Source: an uncultured Chthonomonadaceae bacterium
GTDB taxonomy: Bacteria > Armatimonadota > Chthonomonadetes > Chthonomonadales > Chthonomonadaceae
Direction: 5' to 3'
Assembly (NCBI GenBank): GCA_963835065.1
Contig: CAWIEK010000029.1
Location: 1-41,846 of the forward strand
Length of the DNA stretch: 41,846 nt
Position numbers and translations under genes: made by a program. The notes below the pieces were generated by a model. That model saw only the letters and a list, made by a program, of their open reading frames with translations, was not told the origin of the DNA and did no database searches. Of the stretch, positions 19,033 to 28,612 are shown in pieces (the first letter of the stretch is position 1; each line of letters starts with the position of its first letter).

Positions 19033-20156
19033 CGATAATTACCGTTGGTTGGCGGAAACAAACTCAAAGCTATGTCGGCGGTGCGGAGGGCGCGTTGTTC
19101 GAGGGCGGCGGCTTTGATCTGGAGGGCGGCGGAACGAGAAGCGCGGTCAGAAACTTGCGCGGCTACGCGGGAAGCGATGTCATCGGGATCGAAGTTGTTC
19201 CATGAGGACAGGGAATCCGGCAGGCCGAGCAACTGCATCAGGTTTTCCACTTTGGGGTCGTAGGCAAGCGCGAACGGGGGAACCGCCATGCGGGCGGCGA
19301 AAATCAGGGCGTGAAGCCGCATGGCGACAACCGCCTGCATCCTGCCAATTAGTCCGAGCAGCGCATCGGGCGCGTAAGCGTTTTTAATAACCGGAAAAGC
19401 GTCGGCGTTGCCAGTCCGGTTTGCTACGTCACAGGCGAAAGTCACGTCGTCGTGTGAGTGCATCGGCAGCAGGACGATTTGCGCGCCGGTTTGCGTTTGT
19501 AGGGACGTGAGCAGGCGCGCGTAATTTTCTAAGGGCGACGGCCCGCTGCCGCTCCACGGACGCAGGGCAACCGCAATCAAGGGCGCAGTTGCGGATATGC
19601 CTTCGGCGCGGCACAAAGAGTCAACCTTATCTTCGGAGGCGGGCGCAAGCGCGAACGCGGGATCGGCGGTGACTTCCAATTTTGTATTTGTGACGCCGAT
19701 GGCTTTGAGCAATTGCGCGGAAGGCTCGTCTCGCACCGTCAGATACGCGGCGCGATTGGCGACCTGCCGCACTAGCAGGCGAGACATTTTGCGACGCAGC
19801 GGCCCCATGCCCTGCGCGTAAAACATGACGGGCTTGCCGGCCTGAAACGCCATGCGCGCGATCCACAGGTAGTACAGCAGCGAACGCGCGCTTGTCGTGT
19901 CCTGCAGCAAACTGCCGCCGCCGGAAATCAGCAGATCGCTTTGCCGCAGCGCGTCGCGTACCTGCTTCATGTCCATGCGGTTGACCGCTTCCAGCCCATG
20001 CAGCGTGGTTGTGTCGGCAGGGTTCTGCGACAGAACGGTCAGCCGAACGCGCTCCCCCGCCTGCCGCCGAAACGAAGCCGCCATGCCCGCCAGTACCGCC
20101 TCATCCCCCGCGTTACCGCAGCCGTAGTAGCCTGATACGGCGAAGCGCAGACTCAA
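19029..20156 (-). CDS. csaB: Polysaccharide pyruvyl transferase CsaB
   Basis: SGYYG.GNAGDEA, ISGGGSLLQD.TS.RSL.YYL, AQG.GP, VRD, MRLHALI, YDPKV. Confidence 0.93.
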   Translation of the reverse strand: MSLRFAVSGYYGCGNAGDEAVLAGMAASFRRQAGERVRLTVLSQNPADTTTLHGLEAVNRMDMKQVRDALRQSDLLISGGGSLLQDTTSARSLLYYLWIARMAFQAGKPVMFYAQGMGPLRRKMSRLLVRQVANRAAYLTVRDEPSAQLLKAIGVTNTKLEVTADPAFALAPASEDKVDSLCRAEGISATAPLIAVALRPWSGSGPSPLENYARLLTSLQTQTGAQIVLLPMHSHDDVTFACDVANRTGNADAFPVIKNAYAPDALLGLIGRMQAVVAMRLHALIFAARMAVPPFALAYDPKVENLMQLLGLPDSLSSWNNFDPDDIASRVAAQVSDRASRSAALQIKAAALEQRALRTADIALSLFPPTNGNYR

Positions 20157-22412
20157 TTTTCCTGTCTCCCCATCTCATCCTCTGCCGCGGCAGGCAGCAG
20201 AGATTCGCCAAGCAAGAACAAACCTGCGCCCACGCCCACGCCGAGTACCAATCCCCCAATCCCGTGCCAGAGCGAAATAATCAGGGGCGTGTGGATGTGG
20301 CAGAAGGTGTTTAATAAGGACGCCTGCCCAATGGAGCCGACCACGAATGCAGGAACGGCCAGCCGACGCCTGCCGCGCCACCACCACGCGATGGCAAGCA
20401 CAAACGCAGGATGGCCGAGCAAAAACTCTTTGGTGCGCGGGCGCGCGGGGAAGATATGATCCATCAGGTTGCGCAGTTTCAGTTCGGGGCCGGACGCGCC
20501 CACGCCGGAATCGTTGCCCGTGCGCGCCACAATCAGCAGGAACGCGGCGAGTGCCACCAACCCGACCAGCAGCAGGCCGAAGCGCGCGGGTTCGTCGGCA
20601 AGGCGGCGCAATTGTGTTTCCGCGCGCCGTTTCCAGCCGCTCCACGTTTCGCCGGGCTGCGTCACGCCGCCAATGAGCGCGGCAAACGCCACAATGAGAA
20701 GAGGAACCGCGTGCTGCGCCTTGATGCCCAAAAACTGGTTAGCGCGCAGCATGAACGGGCGCGTTGCCAGCAGGCCGATGACGTGCAGAATACCGATGCC
20801 TGTAATCGCGCTTGCCGTTCCTAATGTGGTCACGGCATGGCGCAGGCAGTCGGGCAGGGGATTGCTGAAGGACGCGGGTTTGTCTGGTTCGCGGGGAAAG
20901 GCGCGCAGGCAGGCGACGGTGGGAAAGGCGATACCGGCGAACAGCGCGACAATTTTGCGCCCGGTTTCCCCCCCAAGCGCGGCCAGCAAGCCCGCATAGC
21001 AGGGGCAAAACGATCAGCAGCAGGCGCTGACGCTTTGAAGGCAGGGGGCATAACTCGCGCAGCATCCACACGACGCCCGCGCCCGTTCCCAATCCAAGCA
21101 GCAGGCACAGGGCGCGGATGGTCAGGCTGCCACCCGTTTCACCGTAGCGCAGGGCGGGAGCGAGTTGGTAGCCGCCGCCGAGAAGCGAATTTCCATGCGC
21201 GATCCCATGCGCGATTTCATGTACAAAGTCTAAATCTTTTTGCAGGGAACTGTCTTCTGGCAATATGCCCCCCGCAAGCGGAAGCAGGCGCACATAACAG
21301 AAACGGATATTGCGCTCACGGGCGGCGCGAACAAAGCGGTCAATAATCTCGCTCCGCTCCAACTGTCCCATTTCCGTTGTCTGGATGGCGTGAACGCGAA
21401 TCACATCCCCGTGCAGGGCGCTGATGATGGTTTCGTCGCCCTTTTGCTTGCCCATTTCCACCGCACCGTAGACCAGTCCAAGCGGCGGCAAAACAGGTTC
21501 GGGCGCAGGTTCGCCCGGTTTGGTTTCGGCCGGGGGAGTGGCGGCGTCCGGCTTCACGTCGGCAGGGTTGCGGAACAGGGACGCGACGGTTTTTTCCAAA
21601 CCAAGATGTCCGAGCGCCTCATCGCCGTTGAAAATCACCAGTTTCACGCCCATACCGCGCAGGCGTTTCAAGACGTTTTGCGCGCTCGTGGGCGTCACGC
21701 CGGCAAAATTGCCGATACGTCCCACGACTTGCAGCCGGTTGTTTTTAATTTTTTCAACCGTATCCCGCGACAATCCCAATCCCAAACTGCGCAGGTTCAG
21801 GTACTCGTAATTGACCACAAACGCCTTCGGGGAGAGAACGGGCACATCCGGCACATCCATATCCGCATTTACGGGCCGCATGGAGGGATTGGAACCATTG
21901 GAGGGCTGAGAGGGGGTTAAAGGAACATGAGGGTTGCCATGCGCGTTCGGCGCGTCCGGGGCGGGCGTTGGCGGCACATCGAAAACGGTGCTGCCTGTCG
22001 TGGGCGTATGTTGGTTGGCGGGCAGAACGGGAATGTTACGAGCGGCCAATGCCTGCCGGATGCGCTGCAAGGTATCGGGCGTATCCAGACGGACATAGGT
22101 GTAATAAGAGCCATTGAAGGGATTGATGCGCGCGGCGCGGGCCTGTTCCGTCGGCTCCAGTGACGCCAGCAAATCTTCGCTCACGATAATAGACGTGACG
22201 CCCTGCGCCTTAAATGCCTGCAAAACCTCATCGAGAGGGCGCTGACTGACTTGCGCCAGCCGCGATACTTCCTCGTATTCCAGCCCGATTTCAACGCTCT
22301 TGTTACGCGCTTCCACGCCCGCCCGCTTGCCCGCTCCGATCAGCCCTGCCAGCGTTCCCAACGCCAGCAAAACCAGCATTATCTGCCAAACACTCTTCTG
22401 CCCTTTTTGCAT
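20153..22412 (-). CDS. DUF5693 family membrane protein, frameshift near 20990 (G homopolymer)
   Basis: R.VRAARERNIR, FLGIK, RTGN, RPRTKEFLLGHP, GQ.S..NTF.H.HTP, split over ORFs 20739..22412 and 20153..20989; overlaps the csaB start. Confidence 0.85.
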
Positions 22413-22736
22413 GCCTGTTCCTTCAACCCTGTTGCTTCGATTTTCATCAAGATTTATTCAAAATTCACTTAATGAAGATTCATCAAGAACGAATTAGCGC
22501 CGCCTTCGCTTTTCCAAAGTGGCGAACGACAGCCGATAACTCCTCCGATTGTACCTGAACAGCGCTGATTTTCGCCAAACGAGCCTGTTGCTGCCTGATT
22601 GCTCTATTTGTCTGTTTCTATTTGCGAAATTTCAAAAAGGAGGAAATAAACTTATGTGGATAGAAATAACAACGACTTGCGATATAATGACCGTTCAGGC
22701 TGGAACCGCAAGCAAGCGAAAGGAAGGAATTCACAC

Positions 22737-23195
22737 ATGACTAACCGAAATCGTTTTCTGTTCAGCGCGAGGTGTTTTGTCGCCTTGCCCTTGTGCGTCC
22801 TGCTGGCGGCGGGATGTTCCAAGCCGTCGGATACATCCTCAGGCGCGTCTTCCGGTTCCGCGTCTTCGGGCGCGTCTTCGGATAGTCCGATGAAGGGCGG
22901 GGGCGGTGGGCCGGGACAACCGGGGGGGCCGGGCGGCGGGATGCAGGGCGGTGGACGCGGCAAGCCGATTGCGGAAAACGCTTCGGGAGCCGAAATTTAC
23001 CAGGCGAAATGCAACTGTCATGGCCCGGAGGGAAAAGGGGGCCGCGCCCCGGTGCTGACCAGCGTTGCCAGCCGTTCGGACGCCGACCTGACCAAAATCA
23101 TCCACGATGGGCATGACAAGATGCCTGCCTTTGCGAGCCAATTGTCGGACGCGCAAATCACGAAAGTCGTAGCCTACATCAAAGGGCTGAAGTGA
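22737..23195 (+). CDS. Lipoprotein class I cytochrome c with atypical CxCH motif
   Basis: Lipobox LAAGC, Gly/Ser linker, GAEIYQAKCNCHG..G.G...P.L, distal KMPAF...LSD.QI..VVAYI. Confidence 0.85.
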   Translation: MTNRNRFLFSARCFVALPLCVLLAAGCSKPSDTSSGASSGSASSGASSDSPMKGGGGGPGQPGGPGGGMQGGGRGKPIAENASGAEIYQAKCNCHGPEGKGGRAPVLTSVASRSDADLTKIIHDGHDKMPAFASQLSDAQITKVVAYIKGLK

Positions 23196-23221
23196 CCCTT
23201 GCGAGAGGGGAGACAGGAACC

Positions 23222-23623
23222 ATGAAAAGATTAACCGAAATGCCGCTTGGCGATGGGACCTCCATCTTTGTCGAAACCGATGAACCCGAAGGCGCGAGAG
23301 GCTTTCGAGACGTTGCCAATGCCCCGGACAGAACGGCAACGCTGGCGACCACATTGGAGCAATCGCTGCAAGCCATGAAACCGGCGTTGAGGAAAATCAA
23401 GGCGAGCCTGAACGAACTGAACCATCCCGATAGCATTGATGTACAGTTTGGCATCAAAATCGTCGGGGGCGTTGGCGCTGTCTTCGCTTCCGCCTCCACC
23501 GAAGCGAACTTTACGGTGAAATTGAGTTGGAAGCGAGCGAAGGCAGGCGAAGAGGAGGAGGACGAGGAGGAGGACGAGGACACGGTGAGCGAAGTGGAAA
23601 AGGACGGGCAGGAGAAAGAATAG
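23222..23623 (+). CDS. Trypsin-co-occurring domain protein (Trypco1 / CU044_2847-like) with acidic tail
   Basis: DG.SIFVE, PDSIDVQFGIK, A.A...ANFTVKLSW; directly upstream of a trypsin gene. Confidence 0.85.
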   Translation: MKRLTEMPLGDGTSIFVETDEPEGARGFRDVANAPDRTATLATTLEQSLQAMKPALRKIKASLNELNHPDSIDVQFGIKIVGGVGAVFASASTEANFTVKLSWKRAKAGEEEEDEEEDEDTVSEVEKDGQEKE

Positions 23624-23725
23624 CGGCAAGAGTTCAGCAGAAAGCAGATTAACAGAAAGACGAGCAGTAATGATGGAATGGAGACAAATTCTCTTCCGAT
23701 GTTCACTGCACGGGAGGTGCGCCTG

Positions 23726-25420
23726 ATGTCCGATCTTTATCGCGAGCCTACGCGGGGCAATCCTGTGGAATCCGCTGTCGTCCGCATCCGGGACGCCGGG
23801 CAGAATGTGGTGGGAGCCGGGTTTTTGATTACCGAGCGGCAGGCGCTTACCTGCGCCCATGTTGTCCTGGCCGCGCTGGGACGCCGGAGCGATACCATTG
23901 CCATGCCTTCCCCTGCGGACACCGTAACGCTGGATTTCCCTTTAGTGGAAGGCGCAACCTTGCGAACGGCCAGCGTGACCGCCTGGAGTTCGAAGCCGAC
24001 AGGCGCGAATCCCGACGGCCTGGATTATGCGCTGCTGCAGTTTACCGACGCGCCCCCTGCGTCTGCGCATCCGATTCCTCTGGCGCAAGACACGGACTTG
24101 TGGGAACACTCCTTTCGGGCGATGGGCTTTCCCGAAGGTTACGACGTGGGCGTGTGGGCGCGGGGCGTGGTGCTGGGAAGCATGGCGGGCGGGCGGGTGC
24201 AGATCGTGGCGGAGGGTGTCGGCCATACCGTCGCGCCCGGTTTCAGTGGCGGGCCGGTGTGGGACAATCTGGCGGGCGGCGTGGTCGGGATGATAGTCGT
24301 CAGCGATGAGCAGCTTGAAACCCGCGCCGCCGGCATGACTCCGATTCGCGCCATTCTCAAAGCCTGCCCCGAACTCTCCTCACAGGTGACAACGCCGCTG
24401 GAATTACAGCCTGCCGGCGGTCCCTTCAATTCCAACTGGCACATTGAGCGGGATGAAGAGCGGGAAGCCCTCGCCTATCTCCGTTCCCCCGGAAGCCCCG
24501 CGGTGATATGGGGGCCGCGCTCTGCGGGCAAAAGCTGGCTGTTTCAGCGGCTGATTGCGCGGCTGCCCGAAGAGCCGGGCGGACCGCGCCACATCGTCGA
24601 AATTGACCTGGCGCGTTACGACCCTGATGTGCGCAATTCCATTGACCGCCTGCTGAAGCGCGTGGCGCTGCGCCTGGTGGACGCGCTGGAACTTTCCCGC
24701 GACCTGGTGAAAGAAGCCTGGGACCCGGACCTGGACGCCGGTCCGCAGGAAAGCATCGAATGGCTGCTGGAACGGCGCATTTTTCCACAATTGCAAGGGC
24801 AACTGGTGCTGGCGCTGGAACGCGCCGACGCGATCTGGGGCTACGAAACGCAGGATACCTTTTTCCCTCTGCTGCGAAGCTGGGCGAACATGGGTAACCG
24901 GGAACCCTGGTCTCGGCTGCGCCTGATGCTGGCCGTTTCCACCACGCCGACCCGCCTGTCACAGGGCAAAAACAACTCGCCGTTCAACATCATTTCACCC
25001 GTAGACTTGCGCGATTTGAACGCGGAACAGATACGCGGCATGGTGCGGCGCTATCGGCTGGAAGTGTCCGCAGACGAGTTTCAAAGCCTGATGGCGCTTA
25101 CCAGAGGGCATCCGTACCTGGTGCGGCTGGCGCTCTTCGAGGCGGCCATTCAGCGCCGCGACCTGGCCTCCATTCTGGCAGATACCGGCCCGGAAAGCGC
25201 CTTCGGCTGGCATCTGCAGGGCTATTGGAACTGGCTGGAAGATCAGGGATTGCTGGAAAGCCTGCGCGCCGCGCTGAACAACCTGTTTACGAAACTCACG
25301 GCCCAACAGGAGGATGCGCTGCACCGCGCCGGCCTGCTGGAATGGAACGATGCGGAGAAGAAATACCATGTGCGCTATCCGCTGTATGAGAAATACTTTC
25401 GGAGCCGCTTATGTCGCTAA
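23726..25420 (+). CDS. Trypsin-like serine protease fused to AAA_35-type P-loop NTPase
   Basis: Triad motifs TCAHV, DYALL, GFSGGP; Walker A GPRSAGKS; LRSW, SPFNI, T.GHPYLV; GGAGG RBS. Confidence 0.85.
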   Translation: MSDLYREPTRGNPVESAVVRIRDAGQNVVGAGFLITERQALTCAHVVLAALGRRSDTIAMPSPADTVTLDFPLVEGATLRTASVTAWSSKPTGANPDGLDYALLQFTDAPPASAHPIPLAQDTDLWEHSFRAMGFPEGYDVGVWARGVVLGSMAGGRVQIVAEGVGHTVAPGFSGGPVWDNLAGGVVGMIVVSDEQLETRAAGMTPIRAILKACPELSSQVTTPLELQPAGGPFNSNWHIERDEEREALAYLRSPGSPAVIWGPRSAGKSWLFQRLIARLPEEPGGPRHIVEIDLARYDPDVRNSIDRLLKRVALRLVDALELSRDLVKEAWDPDLDAGPQESIEWLLERRIFPQLQGQLVLALERADAIWGYETQDTFFPLLRSWANMGNREPWSRLRLMLAVSTTPTRLSQGKNNSPFNIISPVDLRDLNAEQIRGMVRRYRLEVSADEFQSLMALTRGHPYLVRLALFEAAIQRRDLASILADTGPESAFGWHLQGYWNWLEDQGLLESLRAALNNLFTKLTAQQEDALHRAGLLEWNDAEKKYHVRYPLYEKYFRSRLCR

Positions 25421-28400
25421 AAATGCCACTGCCGGAAAGCAATTTCAAGACTGGGGGCGCGCTGGAACCGGACTCCCTGTATGTTCAGCGGCCTGCCGAT
25501 GAAGAGTTGTTTGCCGCGCTTCAAGAGGGAGAATTCTGCTACGTGCTGGCTCCGCGCCAGATCGGGAAGTCGAGCTTAAGGGCGCGGGTTTCCCGGCGTT
25601 TGGAAGCGGGAGGCGTTCGCTGCGTGTCCGTGGAACTGACGGTCGGCAAAAGCACGGAAGAGCAGTGGTACTACGGGCTGGTGCGCCGTATCTGGTCGAA
25701 TCTGGCGCTGCAAGGCGATGAGCGGACGTTCTGGACAAGCCAGAAATTGCTGGCTCCCACGGAGCGTTTTCTGCTGTTCCTTTCCGAAATTGTGCTGACG
25801 CAAATCGAGCAGCCGATTGTGATTTTCATTGATGAAATCGAAACAACGCTGGAACTGCCCTTTCGCCGCGATGATTTTTTCGCCACCATCCGCAGCCTGT
25901 ACAATATGCGCGCCGACCAGCCCGCGTTTCGCCGCATGGCCTTTTGCCTGCTGGGCGTGATTACTCCGAGCGACTTGATCGAGAACCCGGCGCGGACGCC
26001 GTTCAACATCGGGCGCGGTATACGCCTGGAAGATTTCGCGCGCCCGCAGATGGATGCGCTGCGCCCCGGCCTGGAAGGATTGGGCGCGTCTTCAGAATCT
26101 TTGCTGGATGCCATTTATGACTGGACAGGCGGGCATCCGTACATGACGCTGAATTTGTGCGATGCCGTGGCGCGGCAGGGCGCAAGCGATGTGTCGGCCC
26201 CGGAGCGCGTTGCGCCCCTCATAAAACGGCTGTTCCTGGAGCGGGGCCGCAGTGAAGATTCCAATCTGGCGGCGACCGACGAGTTCTTTTCACAAAAGCC
26301 GCGCCCGGCAAAGATTGCGGGCGGCGTCATGGAAACGGCGCGGAAAGACGGCGCGGGGCCGGAAACGGCAGGCAGCGCGACAGCAACGGCGGAACCCGAA
26401 TGTCTGCCCTGGTACATGCGCCATCGCGCCGCCATGCTCCAATTGTACCGCCGCCTGCTGGAAAGCAAGGCGGAACCCGCGCAGGGCGGAAACCCGGTGC
26501 AGATGGCGCTGCGCCTGACCGGGATCGCCGCCGAGCGCGGGGCGGGAGAGAACCGCAGTTTACAGGTTCGCAATCGCATTTTCGCGGCTGTATTCGATGT
26601 GGCCTGGCTGAAGGAGCAGGAATCGGGGCGCTTGATCGCCGACGCGCTGGCCGACTGGAATAACGCGAACCGCGCCGTGGATTACCTGCTGCATGGCGAA
26701 CGCCTGGCGGAAGCGCAGAAATGGGCGGATGGACAAACCGAACTGACAAGAGCGGAACGCCAGTTTTTGGATGCAAGCGTAGAGGCCGAGCGCGGCAAAG
26801 CCATGCAGCAGGCGGAAGCGGCGCGGAAACAGGAGGAAGCAAGGCGGGAAAAAGCCGAGACGGCGCAGCAGCGGGCAGAAGAAAAGGCCAAAACCGTACG
26901 TGTGGTTTCGCCTGCTTGCAGGAGTTCTCGCGGTCGTAGCGATTGTGGCTCTTATTGCCATGAACAAGGCTCTCCTGAACGGCAGGGAAGCCCAGGCGAA
27001 TGAAGTCATAGCGAAGGCAAATGAGGCCAAAGCGACTGCAAACGCGAAGAAGGCGCAAGCCAGCGAACTGGAAGCGAACAGACAGGCTAACCTTGCCGCC
27101 GAGAAAGCGCATATCGCCAAATCAAGCGCTGCGAAGGCAGCCAAAAGCGCAGCCGAGGCGATAAAGGCCACAAAGAAAGAGAAAGAAGCCACCAAACAGG
27201 CGCGGAAAGACAGGCAGTTGGCGATTCTTGCGCAGAAGAATGCGCAACAACGCGAGAAAGAGGCCCGCTCCGGCGTCTTTGCCGCGCTATCCTTGCTGCA
27301 GCCTAACAATGAACAGAGCATACTATTGGCGCTGGCTGCCGTAAATTCCAACCCGACGCCACTGGCGACAAAAGCCCTGCGCGAAGCGGTCAGTTATGGA
27401 CTGCTTCTTAAGGGACATACGAAACGCTGTTTTCTCAGTCGCTTTCTCGCCCAATGGTAAACTAATTGTGACAGGCAGTGTGGATAGAAACGGCGAAGCT
27501 ATGGAACGCGGACACAGGCCAGAAGATACGAACATTTAACAGGGCATACAAACGCTGTTTGCTCGGTTGCTTTCTCACCCGATGGTAAACAGGTCGTGAC
27601 GGGGAGTGCGGACGGCACAGCGAAATTATGGAATGTAAACACGGGCCAGGAGATACGAACACTCAAAGGGCATACAAATACTGTTGACGCAGTTGCTTTC
27701 TCACCAATGGTAAACTAATCGTGACGGGCAGTGAAGACGGAAGCGAAGCTATGGAATGTAAACACAGGCCAGGAGATACGAACGATCAAAGGAGAACTGA
27801 TGCATGTTTCTTCACGGTCGCTTTCTCACCTGATAGTAAACAAGTGGTGACGGGGAGTTTGGACAAAACGGCGAAGTTATGGAACGCAAATACAGGCCAA
27901 GAGATACGAACACTCACAGGGCATACAGATGCGGTTATCTGCGGTCGCTTTCTCACCCAATGGTAAACTAATCGTGACGGGCAGTGAGGCACAATACAGC
28001 TATGGAATGTGGAACTGGACAGGGATACGAACGCTTACCAATAAGGAGATACGAACACTTAAAGGACATACGCCTGACGTTTTCTCGGTCACTTTCTCAC
28101 CAGATGTTAAACAGGTGGTGACGGGGAGTTCGGACAATAATGACGAGACTATGGAACGCGGATACGGGCCAGGAGATACGAACGCTCAAAGGACACACAC
28201 GCTGCCGTTTCTGTCGGTCGCTTTTTCAGCCAACGGCAAACAGATCGTGACGGGGAGTTCGGACAATACAACTCGTATCTATGATAGGGCTGCCTGGGAG
28301 GGTTCGCTTGCTATTCTGAAGCAGGTTGCTTTGCGGCAGGTGCATAACCGAAAACTTTCTCCGAAGGAATTGAACGTAATCGTGAAATCCGGGGTGCAAT

Positions 28401-28612
28401 ATTTACCCGCGCTGCCGCCGCTTGAGCAACCCACAACAGCAGCCCTGCCAGTCCACCAAAAGCCACTGCGTTGCCCCCGAAATCCGCTGCGAATGCCGCG
28501 CAGCGGCCTGTGGAAAAATCCTACAAAAAGTGATAGCTGTCACCGGCTGTTTGTTATCAATACTTTCTTTGTTCCTCCAATCGGGCGGCGAACGTGCCGA
28601 TGGTGGCGTTGA
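25411..28612 (+). CDS. AAA_35 NTPase, coiled coil, TM helix, WD40 repeats; multiply frameshifted, 3' end uncertain
   Basis: YVQRPAD, APRQIGKSS, IVIFIDE, RTPFNIG, WTGGHPYMT, VRNRI, LL.GERL.EA..WA; frameshift near 26900 into TM WFRLLAGVLAVVAIVALIA; WD40 units at 27410-28290. Confidence 0.8.
27410..28290 (+). repeat. About seven near-identical ~126-nt WD40-coding repeats
   Basis: Units start near 27413, 27542, 27669, 27790, 27919, 28063 and 28191; shared GGAGATACGAAC, CGGT(C/T)GCTTTCTC and GTGACGGG. Confidence 0.85.

Noticed and set aside
27410..28290. CRISPR array or DGR template/variable repeats
   Set aside because: Units are ~126-nt WD40-coding repeats with no repeat-spacer structure; no cas or reverse transcriptase gene; variation is not restricted to adenines
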